DNA of 64,000 nucleotides, from IMG/VR virus record IMGVR_UViG_3300030098_005070. One strand, given 5' to 3'. The DNA comes from an uncultured virus (IMG/VR IMGVR_UViG_3300030098_005070). Lineage: Duplodnaviria > Heunggongvirae > Uroviricota > Caudoviricetes. Positions 27,270-40,400 of the stretch are shown in pieces. Made by a program: the position numbers and the translations under genes. The notes under the pieces are model-generated. The model saw nothing but the letters and a program-made list of their open reading frames with translations. It was not told where the DNA came from and searched no databases. How positions within the stretch are numbered: the stretch's first letter is position 1; every line of letters begins with the position of its first letter.

Positions 27270-29708
27270 TCATATTGTTATTGCTTGCCACGACACCTTC
27301 ACGGTCATATTCTTTAAATTATGCAGGGGGGTGACTTGTAATTCAACGTTGCTGCCGTTTATACCGGCATCATATGTTCCTTGTGCGGTCTCTGATGCAT
27401 CAGATTGCGCTACGGCGTAGGTTGTTAGTGATGCTCCAGTAGCACCTGCACCTGATGTACCGTTGTGTGTTAAAATCATTTCAGCAACTTCAAAAACGCC
27501 GTCAGTAGTATTCTCAACTTCTACTAACAATTTTGCTGCTCTAAATTTTGTTCTATCAAATAACGTAACATCAATTGCCGTGGAAGTGCTTGTGCTAGCA
27601 TCAGTCGTGCTGCCATACCCGAATCCTGTTTCTTTCACTTGGAAAGTTGCATCGGGAGAAGCCTGTCCTACACCGACTCTATCTGTAGTAGTATCTACTT
27701 TCAACACATTAGTGTCTATTGTTACATCGCCACTACCAGTAATTGTAGTGAAATTTCCAGCACCATAAACCGTATCGAAATATCCTGCTCTCCATCGAAT
27801 TAGAGTTGTACCTAAATCGTAAGTGCTATCTGCACTAGGCAGGGTATGGAGATTTAATTCCCAAGCATCGTTAGCATCACTGAAAAGAATAGTTTTATCG
27901 CCATCTGAAGAATCTAAGGTAATTCCGCCACCATTTACAGCAGCATCATTTCCAACACCATTTCCTAAAGTTAAATTGATATCTTCAACATTTAGAGTGG
28001 CTGTGTCAACAGTAGTGGTAGTACCGCTTACTGTGAGATTCCCTGTTATAGTTAAATCTTGATTTACAGTAAGTGTACCTGCTGGCCCTATACTAGTGAT
28101 ACCGGCCTGATTAGCATCTAAATTGAATACACCACTAGATGCAGATATCCCTGTACCAGCCATAGCGGTTGCTAAATCTGCAATTGTTTCTTTCTTAGAA
28201 TTATTAGAATCATTAGAATCAATAAAGCCAAAAGAATCTGTGGCTACATCTACAACACCGGCTGATAGCGAATTTAAATCGCTGGCAACAGAATCTCCAA
28301 CTTGTAAAATTTTAGTTGAGCCTTGATACAATCTATTAGAATCTGTACTATCTAACCAAAGTGTATTTCCAGCAGTACCACCCGTTACAGGATTGGATGA
28401 TTGGGGTGTTAATTCTAGACCAGTAGGGTCAATAAGCCCAGTTACGGTTAATTTCCCATTTACAGTTAACTCGTTTGAACTAGTATTGAAAGATAAGTTA
28501 GCAGAACTTGTAAACCCTGAAGACCCATCGCTCAGTTGCACTCTTCCTGATGCTCCGTCTGAAGATGTACTAGTTGTTGTAGAATTGAACATTCTAACCC
28601 AAGCAGACCCATCAGCATTGTACGAATAAATAGCAGATTCTGTAGGTACGATAGTATCATTCAAACCTGAAGCATCGAATGTGATGTTATTAGTAGCACC
28701 ACTTGAATTAGCGTTTGCTACCGCTATTGTATGCCCACTAGGAAAAGTACCTGTTGGGTTGAGAGTCGTAGCCACATCTGTTGCTAATCTGTAACTAGTT
28801 CCAGCATCAAAAGTGAAAGTAGTTGTGCCACCACTAGAAGGAAGATTGACTAATTTATCGGGTCCGAGCCTAAATGTTCGCCTGTTACCATCTTGGAAAC
28901 CGGAGAAATACAATACATCGTTAGTTTCAGACTGGCCGGGGTCATCCGGCCCTCTACTCATCCACATAGCACCAAGCGAAGATGTGGTGAGGTCACCAGT
29001 TTCGGTATTAGCAGCGGCATGGAAGTTATCTAAATCAGTGTGAGAATCAACAGAAGCGCTAGAATCTCCAGTTAATGGTGCGAAATAAATAGGCGAGGGT
29101 CGGATATAACCTCTTTTATCATTTATTTCTGAAATTGTAATTTTCAAATCATTAGCAGCAGCAGCGCTTCCATTGTAAGTTGCTCTAATAGTGGCGATAA
29201 CAAAAGATTGTTTTGAAGTAAGAGAAGATAGTGGGTCTTTCAAAAACGCTTTTGGTGTTGTAGGAAATGCTGATGCTGTTGTAACAGGTGTCCCTTGTTC
29301 AAATCTTAAAGAATTATTATTACCATCTGTACATAAATATACAACGAAAATACACTCTTGACCACTTGTTAAAGCGGTTGTTGAACCTTGTAAATTAGAA
29401 CTACTGCTGTTTATCGTAATGTTAGCGGTACTCCCATCACCACCACAAAAGTTGTACAAAACATTGTCAATAACAGCATGACCGCCCCGCACTTGAACGA
29501 TATGGGCATCTCCAGTAGTCGCAATAGCACCCGGTAAATTAGCAGGTGTGTTTCTATCACCGTCATCTGCGACAGCATCTTCTAACAGAAGAATTCCATT
29601 CCCCCTTGCTAATTCGTAAAGATTAGTGAAACTAGGACTTATGATGTGGCTTCCATCCACTAATCCTTCATTCGCACCGTCTGTATGTCCGTCTAGTGAG
29701 TTAGCCAT
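27270..29708 (-). CDS. Tail fibre protein 1 (N-terminal anchor domain)
   Basis: GNLTVSGTTTTVDT..VEDINLTLG and LPSADSTYDLG motifs; C-terminal domain shared with fibres 2 and 3. Confidence 0.8.
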   Translation of the reverse strand: MANSLDGHTDGANEGLVDGSHIISPSFTNLYELARGNGILLLEDAVADDGDRNTPANLPGAIATTGDAHIVQVRGGHAVIDNVLYNFCGGDGSTANITINSSSSNLQGSTTALTSGQECIFVVYLCTDGNNNSLRFEQGTPVTTASAFPTTPKAFLKDPLSSLTSKQSFVIATIRATYNGSAAAANDLKITISEINDKRGYIRPSPIYFAPLTGDSSASVDSHTDLDNFHAAANTETGDLTTSSLGAMWMSRGPDDPGQSETNDVLYFSGFQDGNRRTFRLGPDKLVNLPSSGGTTTFTFDAGTSYRLATDVATTLNPTGTFPSGHTIAVANANSSGATNNITFDASGLNDTIVPTESAIYSYNADGSAWVRMFNSTTTSTSSDGASGRVQLSDGSSGFTSSANLSFNTSSNELTVNGKLTVTGLIDPTGLELTPQSSNPVTGGTAGNTLWLDSTDSNRLYQGSTKILQVGDSVASDLNSLSAGVVDVATDSFGFIDSNDSNNSKKETIADLATAMAGTGISASSGVFNLDANQAGITSIGPAGTLTVNQDLTITGNLTVSGTTTTVDTATLNVEDINLTLGNGVGNDAAVNGGGITLDSSDGDKTILFSDANDAWELNLHTLPSADSTYDLGTTLIRWRAGYFDTVYGAGNFTTITGSGDVTIDTNVLKVDTTTDRVGVGQASPDATFQVKETGFGYGSTTDASTSTSTAIDVTLFDRTKFRAAKLLVEVENTTDGVFEVAEMILTHNGTSGAGATGASLTTYAVAQSDASETAQGTYDAGINGSNVELQVTPLHNLKNMTVKVSWQAITI

Positions 29709-30052
29709 TATTTCACTTCCATAAGTATCTGAACGCTCATTTCATTTTCAGTAGTCTTCAATATAGGTCGAATTGCGTGTCTTGATATCGGCGTAAAGCC
29801 GTTGCTATCTTTTAGTCGGAGGTGTACCTCCTTGATAGATTCATTGAAAGATTCGGTGATTGGAAGGTTTGCTTCAATCAAAATTGTCGAAGTATCAAGT
29901 ACGGTAATCGTAGGTGTTACAGTTACGGCTGGTCTTCCTACTGAGCCGTCACTGCTGGTTGCCGGTGTTCCATCAAAACCGAACACAACTTCGTTTATGT
30001 TAGAAGCAATTGTGTCAATTAAAATTCTTTTCAAATTATCAGAAGCCGACAT
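29708..30052 (-). CDS. Putative baseplate/fibre-attachment protein
   Basis: Between hub-like gene and fibres; FGFDGTP...IKEV.L...I.KT..NE. Confidence 0.5.
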   Translation of the reverse strand: MSASDNLKRILIDTIASNINEVVFGFDGTPATSSDGSVGRPAVTVTPTITVLDTSTILIEANLPITESFNESIKEVHLRLKDSNGFTPISRHAIRPILKTTENEMSVQILMEVK

Positions 30053-31475
30053 CTAAATCCTCCGTGAAACTAATTACTTTTTTCTTCGCTGTGCCTATAG
30101 ATTCTTTTCCTATACCGGGTAGGCTTCGCCCAGCATTCTTTCCGATGATGTATCCGCTATTAGATACATCTCTTGTTTTTACTACTGTAAAGAATGAAAT
30201 ATCTAGTTCATCAAATAAACTCAAATCTTCTTTTTTAATTTGTATTGTTGTATCTTTATTGGATAAATTACTTTCAGCAACAAACCCTTCGTTTACACCC
30301 TGAATAGCACCTTCAAGACCAACATCTAAAGCAAGGAATTTAAAATTTGAAAGATTAGAATCGAAAGAATGTTCCGCTTCCATAATTGCATATTTTTTAC
30401 CCTTGTAAGTTACTAAATTACCCGGTCTTAAATCCCAACTATTTGGGTGTCCATCTGTTTCAATTGCTCCTTTCATTAGAGCAGTGGCTTTCAAAATTTG
30501 ACGAGCAATTCTTTTTGCGGTTCTTTCAGTTTTTATTGAAGAGTCAAAAACAGGCGTGTTAGTTGATTGAATGAAAGAATCAAATTTACCCTGCTGTCTT
30601 GAGCCGTCATCAACTGTAACTTCGACATTACTGTTTAACGCCAAAGGGATACCCGCTACTGTAACTCGATTTACTACGCTATCAACTGGATTTGTTCTTT
30701 CTGTACCTTGTCTTAAACTAGATTTTACCATTCTAGAAGCGTCTGAAAAATTGAAAGGTACATAGATAATATTACCAAACCTGTCAAAGTACACCACTCT
30801 ATTATCATGTCTTGAGACAAATTTCAAAGCAGAAAGTATTGGAATGTTCTTTACATCTTCAGCCAAGAAAGTAGTGCTATGTTTTCTTCTCGTTGAGGTA
30901 GCATTAGTAATAGTTCTAGGCATTGCTATGTTTACAGATGTTACATCACTTGTAATTTCTTTAGTTAATTGTAAGGCGTAATCGGTGGTTCTTAGCCCAA
31001 TGTCTACTGGTTGCCCCAAATATACTTCATTTCCTGTAAAACCGATATCCTGTAATGTTTTACCCTGCATATTAGAGAGATTTGCTTTAATACCTCTAGT
31101 ATGAGTTTCAAAACTATTCAATTGTAGTCTTTCTTTTTGCTTTTCTTTTCCGTAAATTAATATCCTTTTATCTGAAGTTGAAGATAGTTTTGAATTTTCA
31201 TACCAAGGGGCATTTTCGTATCTATGTCCTGCTCTTTCAGAATGAGTTATTTCTAGTGTAGAATTATTTTCTACAATTTCATACGAAGAATTTGAAGCGG
31301 TGTGATATGTAGCATTCTTTCTATTTTCAATCGTAACTTTTTGTTTGTTAGAAGTTTGGGGATTGATTAAACTATAGTGAACTGCGTTATCAACAAAAAC
31401 AGGTTTCCTTGTCTCAGTCATTATAGCGTCAGGACTCACATTGAAGCGGCCAACCGAATCTTCAACCAGTGTCAT
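30039..31475 (-). CDS. Putative tail-tip/baseplate hub protein
   Basis: YFDRFGNIIY, VNRVTVAG and DLRPGNLVT...IMEAEH pattern of hub-like proteins. Confidence 0.6.
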   Translation of the reverse strand: MTLVEDSVGRFNVSPDAIMTETRKPVFVDNAVHYSLINPQTSNKQKVTIENRKNATYHTASNSSYEIVENNSTLEITHSERAGHRYENAPWYENSKLSSTSDKRILIYGKEKQKERLQLNSFETHTRGIKANLSNMQGKTLQDIGFTGNEVYLGQPVDIGLRTTDYALQLTKEITSDVTSVNIAMPRTITNATSTRRKHSTTFLAEDVKNIPILSALKFVSRHDNRVVYFDRFGNIIYVPFNFSDASRMVKSSLRQGTERTNPVDSVVNRVTVAGIPLALNSNVEVTVDDGSRQQGKFDSFIQSTNTPVFDSSIKTERTAKRIARQILKATALMKGAIETDGHPNSWDLRPGNLVTYKGKKYAIMEAEHSFDSNLSNFKFLALDVGLEGAIQGVNEGFVAESNLSNKDTTIQIKKEDLSLFDELDISFFTVVKTRDVSNSGYIIGKNAGRSLPGIGKESIGTAKKKVISFTEDLDVGF

Positions 31476-34400
31476 GCGGCATCACCTGTATGGTCCGAAG
31501 TTCCAAAGTCCACATCTGCCTTGTGACCCTTTGGATGTAAAGATTGGCTAAATCTCGGTTTTACATTGTAGTCTATTAATTCAGAATTCTTTCTTCTCGG
31601 CGCATCGCTTCTGTGGTGGAGAAGCGTATTTTCAGTAATTACTAATCTACAAACAGTATTGAACAATGTATCCTTATTGAAATTTGTAACTTCTGTACCT
31701 AGTAAATTAGCACCCATAGAAGACGGCACAGCATCATTACCAGTGGACATATAGATGATAGGCATATACGGTCCATTTGCATTTGGAATAGCACGTGTAT
31801 CAGGTAAGTTGGTAGTCGCAGTTCTTCCGCTTGGGGTGTTGTAAACAAACAGTCCGTATTTTCCACCGGCACTACCTTGGAAGTAATCCCCATCACTTTG
31901 CTTCAATGCTGAGAATTTACTTCTAAATATTTCAACGTGGTTTTTATCTAAGACTCTAACTGGTCTTACTAAGAATTGAATTGTTTTATCAGTATCATTA
32001 TTTTTTCTAGTATCTGCGGTATAGGTTGTTGTATCTTGGTATGGATTTGTTGTTTTATTTGAACCAGTTAAGGATGTTACACCCCAACCAGTATCATTGA
32101 AAAGGCCAGCAAAATTTCTTGCTTCTAAAATATAGTCTCCACCAAGAGGTCTCATATTTGATGTGTGACTGAATTTCAAAACACCGGAGTTTGCACCATT
32201 TGTGTTATTGAAAGAGAAGTTTGTATAATCAGCGTAACCGAGTGACTGAGAGCCTATGGCGTAAGCACCATGTAATACAGTTCTCTGACCAACATTTCTA
32301 TCAGTATGCAAACTGTGGGCTTCTGTGTTAATCACAATATGGGATTTTTCTGTCCCTTCAATAGTTTCTGCATCAATACCAATTCTTGGACTAGAACGAG
32401 AAACTGCATCTTTGTGGGGGCTAGAACCTGAAATTTCTTCCACTCTATCACTTACAACAGCCTCCGGTTTTAACAAACCATCCTCTGCGATTTCTAGTCT
32501 AGCGCTAATCCCACGAGGAATTTCATCGGCTTGCAGTACATCGTTACGGGGGCGTAACAGACCTTCTCCAAAGGTTGGTTCGGCAGTGTTATGGCTGAGA
32601 ACCATACCTGTTGTATGGATAGGTGCTGAAATTTCAGTTAGCAAATCTTCATTGAATGCTGTTGGGTATCTAACACCCCTTCCACCACCCATATCACCAA
32701 TTCTTAATGCGTGTGTAGGTGCAAAAACATCTACTAAGATTGTAGATAAATTTGTATTATCTGTGTTTAATCTTCCACCAAATCTAGGGATTGTAAAGTT
32801 TGTAGTCACGCTTACTTCGCCGCTTGAATTAACAACATTCTTCAAATTGAAAATTGGTTTTCCATTATTCCAAACCCTCTGATATGGTGTTCTGCCGTTT
32901 GTTCTATCATATTCGTAAGCATCCCCACAGTCCCATGCTGGTCTAATACCGAATCCACGCACTGGAGCACGTCTTACAGCCTCTCCACGAGTATTACCCC
33001 ACCAATCCACCATATAGTACTGAGAAGCCTCTACGAGCCTTGTAATGCCCTTTCCTTCTTCATCTCCCCACCAGTCTCTTTCTACCTTGTTGTTATTTCT
33101 TAGAGTTCTAACTGGAGAACCAAAAGGTCTAGTCATCCTTCGACCATCGCTTCTTCTAACTTGAACTTCGTATTTGTCTGTACCCAACTGACCAGCGAAA
33201 TTAGTCAATCTTTCCATTATTCCAACATAAGTTGTAGGATATGTTTTCGACCCACCACCGTCTGCTTCGTTCCAAGTTCTTGTTTCGATTTGTACAAGTG
33301 GTCCTGCCTTAAATCCAACACTAGTGGCAGAAACGCCTGAAATAGCATCTTCAAGAGCGGCACGAGTTGGGATTAGACCCCATCTAGGTTTGTTAATCGC
33401 TTGACGCAAACTTATACGATAACCAAACGGTAATCTGTAAGATTGACCTGTTGTGATTTTTGCTTTTGTTATTCCATTAGTTCTTGAGTAAGCAGCGCCT
33501 ATTGTGGTGTTATCATACCAACGATACAAATCATCTGAACCGTAAGCCCTTGGAACTATCCAACTAGCAGCAGCCTGTACGAATACATCGGGTCTGCTAC
33601 TGTGAGGGCCACCACGACTACCACAAGGCCAAAACCGATTCAACATAATGTAATTTGATGCTTGGTCTTGTCCTGCTTGTGAATGTGTGCTATTTGCAAC
33701 TGTAACACTTCCATCTTTAGTTGAATTAGGAGTCTTAATTTTCAAATCGAATGGACCAAGACTCATTCCGTAAATTGCATCTTGATATCTAAATGTTTCA
33801 AAATGTTCGGGCATTGAATTGTAGGGTTGTTTATCTATGGCCCTATCATTTGCGTCACCATTCCATGTTCTTGAAGAATCAGAATAGAATGTATATGGTC
33901 GCCCTAAATTGTGATGCCACATACATAGATATGCATCAGGTATATGTAAATTAGATGTATCTTTTGTACCTGTTTTTAATCTATCTAAATTACTTGCAAA
34001 TATGCTTTTATCTATTTTTGTAAATATATCAATTGCTGGCATTGTATCATATGCTCTAGTTAATCTAATTACAGTTTCACCATCTACAATATTAGATACA
34101 AAACCTGTTGCAGATACCCCAGTAAATTGATTTGCTACATTAACAGTTCCATTTTGAAGGCCGCTTCTTCTCGTATAATCTGAAGTTCTGCGCTTTCCAT
34201 TAGAATCTACATATTCTAATTTCTGTCCATAATATGGTGTTTCAGGGAATATACTAGCATCATCAACAGTTACAGTTGTACCTGAACTACTTACAACGGT
34301 TGCTTTTGGATTTAGAGATGTATTTTGTAATATATGCGAATATATATCAGGATATACAGATGGATATCCTGCAATTGTTAATTGCATTCCTATATTACCA

Positions 34401-37400
34401 AAAGTACTTCTCGATACTTCATAGTAATTATCTAATTTAATTTGAGATAAATGTCTAAATCCATTTGCACTTGAATCATCAGGTGCTACTTTATGTAAAA
34501 TACTCCACCAAGGAATATTCAAAGTGATACTTGGTGTGGCATTTGAAAACATTTTACTATACGGGAATGCTCTTCTTGTAAACGAAGGGCTTTCACTCAT
34601 TTCAACTCCGAATGGATTGAATAAAGACAATGGTGGTATTTTGTTAAATTGTGAACCAAAGTCGGGCTCTTGGTCAAGAATTATCTCATTGATGAATACT
34701 TCACAACCTCTAACATCCGCTTGTGTTGCTTCATCTAAGTATAGAACTAAAGCACCAACAGCGGCAACATACTCAGTTCCAATAACTGTGTGTACTTGTT
34801 GACTTGTTAATTTCTGAACACTATTGTAATAGTGATACCCTATGATTTGACTATCGAATAAATTCGGCTGTATTACAATTTGATAAGCCCCGACTTCACG
34901 AGGGTCAGGGAAATGATGTTGAAGTGAATATTTTTTAGCAGCCTCCAAAACAACAGTATGCCCACCTGCTTTGTTAATTACACCTGCATTTCCTCTAGAG
35001 CCTAAAACACCGTAACCATCCCATTTTACGCTAGTTTCAAACATTAAGGTGAAAGCGCCGCCGTGTATATCGCTAGGTGTGCTAGGTGTAGCGGTCATTC
35101 CACTAAAGAAAATTTCAGGTTCTAAAGGATTCATTTTGTCCGTAACATTTGAAGAAATATCTGAAGAAACAGAAAGAGGAGTTTTTTCTTCGTTGAATAA
35201 TTCTCTATCTCTAAACCCTTTGACTGAAGAATTTTCAGCAAGATGCTTCCTATACACACTTTGGTAGGCAGGGTGTGCCCAATGTCCCGGTAACATTGGC
35301 ATAGTGGCTGAGACAAAATGATGACCCATTCTAGGATAAGGCATTGGTGTAAGAACTGGCTTTGTGTAAATTGTGTGGGCTTCTGTATCTGAATCCACAC
35401 CTGTGAAATATTGAGTATGAGCCATATCAGGCGAAGCGCCACTTACTTCTGCATGGTCTCTCATACGCTGTGCAGCATAGAATCTAGCACTTCCCGCTGG
35501 CATATAGTAAGATGGTACTATCTTCAAATCAGTAATAGTTTGAGCAGCAATGAAATCTGTAAAGTCCACATCGCCAACAACACCCGTAAATGTAGTTCCT
35601 GAAATACCAGTATATGATGCAACCACCGATTCTTCAGTTGTAGGGTTGTAAATGCGAATAAATCTTCTATCGTCACTTACTTCTTTAGTACCAAAGTCAG
35701 CATCGTAAATTCTTGTATTTATTGTAGCATTCACCGTAAGTACTGAAGTTGAAGAATTCCAAGAAGAACCTGTAAGAACTTGATTTTCAACACCATTTGA
35801 ATGGGTGTAAGTGGTTGGGTATCTGTGGGTATGGCTGTGACCCATTTTTGTTACATGGAAGAAAAGAGTTCTATCATGTAATTCGTATGTGGTTTTTAAT
35901 GGCGCATTTTCTGTAGCATCCACCCAGCCAGTTTTGATACTATCATTTGAAACTGGGTCAATATGTTCCCAATTCAAATTTTCATAAGTTGGCCCTAGTC
36001 GTAATTCTCCACCATTATCATTTGAATCGAAAAGATGCTTTAATTGGGTTTCATCGAGGTTTGCTTGTAGTACCCCTCCACTACCGAAAGTTTCGTTTTG
36101 ATGTGCCATAATAGGGTCAAACCCTGAACGAACTAGGATATTACCCGGAATAGTTTCAGGGTCAGGTAAAGAAACCATTAGTGACGGCTTATTACCGCTG
36201 TTCGCAAGAGAAGGGGAACTACCTTTTACGCCTCTATCGTCTAATACTCTAAAGGTTCTAATTACAGTTCCTAATGGGCTTCCGCCTTCTACAATATGAG
36301 TTTCTCCTGAATCATCAACTACAGAAATTTGTTCAAATTGAATTTCTTCATTTGGTATCACCAAAACATTACCAGTAATTTCTCTATGCTTATCTGCAAG
36401 TTGTGGTTGCTGTAATTCTTGAGTTTGAATTAGAGGGAACATAGCACTATTTGTAGTTTCAAAACTAAATCGCACATTGCCGTATATTTTTTCTCCATGT
36501 GTGTACGCTGTATCAGATTCAACTCTTGTAGTCCAAGGTACAGCGCCTAAACCTCTAGCATTCAAAGCAGGAAGGGATAAATTACCACCATCCATTCTTT
36601 TCCAAACAATATGCTCAGTTGAAAAGTTTAGAGCAGAGGTACGCTTGTATAAATCAAAAGCATGAACATCTCCTTTCCAAAAATCATCAGGATAATCTGA
36701 ATCTGAAGTATATGCAGTACCAGTATAAAATTCAGGAACTACATTTCTTTCAGCAGTGATACCTGATTCTAAGTTTTTGGAGCCAAGAGAGAAATCTAAA
36801 TCTGTAATTAAGTCACCAGTTTTCGCCCTATCAGGATTTGCGTTTTCTAATCTTAAATCTGTAACACTTCCAGTATGGAAAGTGTAAGCGGCCAAATCAG
36901 TAGTGTAACTGGGCAAAGCGGTGTCGTCCACAATTAATGCTTCAATATTAGGACCGGCATGGGCTGGAGCAATGAAACGGTCTTGAGAATGGAATCTTTC
37001 ATCCCATTTTGTCGTCCCAGCATATTGTAATTTGTTACTAGTAACACCTTTAGAAATTAAGAAATCTCCAACAGCAATAGAACCATCTCTATCTTTTTTC
37101 GCTATCAAAGCAAATTCAGATTCAGACGCTACGACTAAAAATGCGTGTCCGAACAACCCTTGTGGGTGCGCTAAGTCTGCCGGTAGTGTTGATGTGATAT
37201 CATAATGCACAGGCTTAGCGTGAAGGGTATCCGGTGCATTATCATCTGTATCTTTTCTAGCGTATGTTAAATTATTAGTGGTGTAAGTTACACCTGTACT
37301 ACCATCGTAAGGGTCGTTAATATAAGTCATCAAACTAGAGCCAATGCTGTCTACTGGTGGTAAACTTTCAGGAGACCTCGCTAATGGTGCTACAATAGGC

Positions 37401-40400
37401 ATATGGCTCAGGGTTTCAAGCATACCGGAACTTGTACCATAGGGTGAAAATGCTAGTTCTGAATGCCAAGCACCTAAACCCGCAGAATATCCTTCTGTAC
37501 CTATCTTTAGGCTGTTTAGATAAGAGTATCTCTCGCCATGCCAACCTACTGCACCAATTGGTCTAGTGCGGTCTATTGCATCTACAAGACCTGAAAAGTG
37601 AGTTTGACACATATGGTCTCTAGAAGTGCCATTTTGGTTATTGAACCTATGAACACCCGCTTTAGACCACACATACAAATTAGTATCTGTACCTGAAATT
37701 GTAGGGTTAGCAGATGGATTCGCTAGTGTAACGTAACTTTCAAATTCAGCATTATTTGAAACTCTATTAGGCGCAAGATAGAATCTAACTTTCCAAGTGC
37801 CGCTATCCTCAAACACTTCTCTAGAGTGATAAGAAGCCCAAGCAGGGACAGTTGTACTTGAACTTCTATCGGTTTTTAGCCACCCACAAGCGGGTATCTG
37901 TTCTAGTGCAGTTTTTGTTGTAATAGTTGAACTTGAGAAATCTAAATAATTAGGCGCAGAAGAATTATTGTATGACTCAAAAGTGTCTAACTCAACCCAA
38001 CCATATCTATCTTGACGCATAGCATTACCCATAGAAGGCATATGTGTACCACCAATGGCTTTCAAAGCACCAGCGCCGGGGAAAGAGTTGATTGCTGCTC
38101 CTAAAACTGCGGCTAATTCATTCCCATTTTGACACCTTGTTGCATCAACAATGATGTATTCCATATCTACATCTGCTGCTACCAAAGTCCCTTCTGCTGC
38201 TGCATAATCTAAAACTTTAGTAGTAATCGGACCTGCTACTCGATAAGCAGTTGGATGTAATTGTGAAGATGTTCCCCAAGGTGTTAGGAGAGTATTAGAT
38301 TTAGGATGTGGTGGATTGAAAGTAATTTGGTTATCCATCCAATTACCACCCGGATGATAACCCCCATCCATATGGAAGACCATATCTGCGCCAGTAGCAA
38401 TTCCAAATCCTAAAAGTGAATTGTGTCGCAAAGGCATAGAACGCTTGGTGTCATTGTTATTTCCAGTAGAGCCACCATCTACAAATAATTGTCCATACAT
38501 TCTGCCGCTTTCAGGTCTTTGATTTAAAACACCAACTATTGTTTTTCCTGCTGCCGTTTCCCAGTTTAATTGAGTTCTCCAGTGGAAGCGATTCCTTGCA
38601 GTATGATAAGTTGAAGATAGAGGCATATAATCACCTTCATCATTTTCAATATGATTAGGCAGGAAAGTACCTTCAGGTACAGAAGACCATCCATTTCCAG
38701 CGGTAATAACTCTACCCGGATGAGGTTGCTGTGTGTTGTAATTTACTGCACTAGAATCTGCTATTTCTTGCGTAAAGGGAAAAGATTGACCCGGCCCAAA
38801 TATAATGTAAGTAGTTTTATTTTCAGTCCCATTAGCATGGTCTTCATATCTAGCAGTAGGATGTGCGAATCTCAAAACTAGTGGACTTGGTTTTTGTAGA
38901 ACTGTGTTATTTGAAGAGTATGGGGAAGAATTAGGGTGGTCACTGTTAACAGTCCCTGAACCTGAATCTAAATCAGGAGATAATATATTATCTCTATTAT
39001 GTGCTGGTGGGACTAAAGAGCCTCTATGTTGATTCAAAAGTGGAGTACCGGGGAAGAAAGCCATCATAGCGTTAGCATCTAAAATCGCATGGCTTGTAAC
39101 AATCTCATTTGCGTTTTGAATACCAGCAACCCCTGTAGGGCCACTTGCGTATGGATGGGTATAGAAGTCTGAATAATCATTCATAGTACCGTCATTTACA
39201 TCTAAAACAACACCACTAAACCCGCCACCAAAGAAGACTGGTACACTATGGTCAGCGCTACTTCTACCTCCTGAGAATTTTACAATAAGAGGTGAATCTA
39301 CACTGCCTATGGAGCGAATACCATCTATTTGTTGTGTAGTATCTAAATCACCCTTTACAGAAATAACACCTTCTGAAGCATTATCAATATCTCCTTCTCT
39401 AAATGCTTGTGTAAGTTCTATACTCTGTGTACCTGCAATCGGTATTAAAGTAGTTAAAACTGTTCGATATGAGTTAATATTAGCACCTTGATGCCCTTCT
39501 ACTGTAACTCTAGCACCCGGCCAAAAAGATACGGTTTTTACTTCAGATACCGATGTTACAGTGCCTGTATCTTTACAGGCTGGTGCTAAGAATCCCCAAA
39601 TAGAATTATTTAGACTCGCAGTTGCTGTGTAAATATGGGTTAAAGTGTTAGAAGAAGAATTTAACGCTTGATAGAATAATGAAGGGTTATCAATTGCAGG
39701 TAAGATGTGGTCTCCTGAAGTTTTCGTAAAATTATCTCCATTGAGATTTTTACGCCACGTATCAATAAAAGTATTATTCACTGGTTCATTTAATGAATCT
39801 ATTAAGGTAGGAGAATTTGAATTTGAATTTGGCCCAAATGATTTACTCTTTATCTGTAACAAAGTCATAGGGATGTACCCACAATCAACCCTTCTTCCAG
39901 CATCCAAATTAGCATCAGTAACTGCTCTACTTGTCCCAAAAGCCCATTCTGCGCTATTTTCTAAGGATTTTTCTATTTCTCCATATTCTAAATGTGCAGC
40001 CCTAATACCATAATCTTGGTGTACTTCTGCTGTGAAATATTCACTGATTGGTATAATTTTTCTATTAGGATTAAATGCTCTTATCCTTATACTATCGGCT
40101 TTAATTCCCCATTCTCCAAAAGTACGACCATCTGCTGCAAGCATTTCTCTACAATCAAAAGATACTCCACTTTCTTCATTTACATCTACAGCGTTTATAG
40201 CGGCAGCGGTCACGGCACAAAGGAGTTCATCTGTAACTAGAGTAGTCCAATTTAATGATGGAGAAATTAGATAATTAGAAAATGAGGTATCTGATGATAA
40301 TTCAGAAGTTATGCCGTAAAACTCATGAGGTCCATTAAAGTCATTTTGTGTTCTATTTTCATAGTATAGAGTAAGACCAGTATCCCCACTACCTGAAGTG

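Noticed and set aside
22055..29708. Diversity-generating retroelement targeting fibres
   Set aside because: No reverse transcriptase and no TR/VR nucleotide repeat pair seen in the window.
22371..30303. Many + strand ORFs opposite the fibre genes (e.g. 24636-25352, 26712-27260)
   Set aside because: Antisense shadows of G/T/S/D-rich codon-biased genes; V/P-rich, no RBS.
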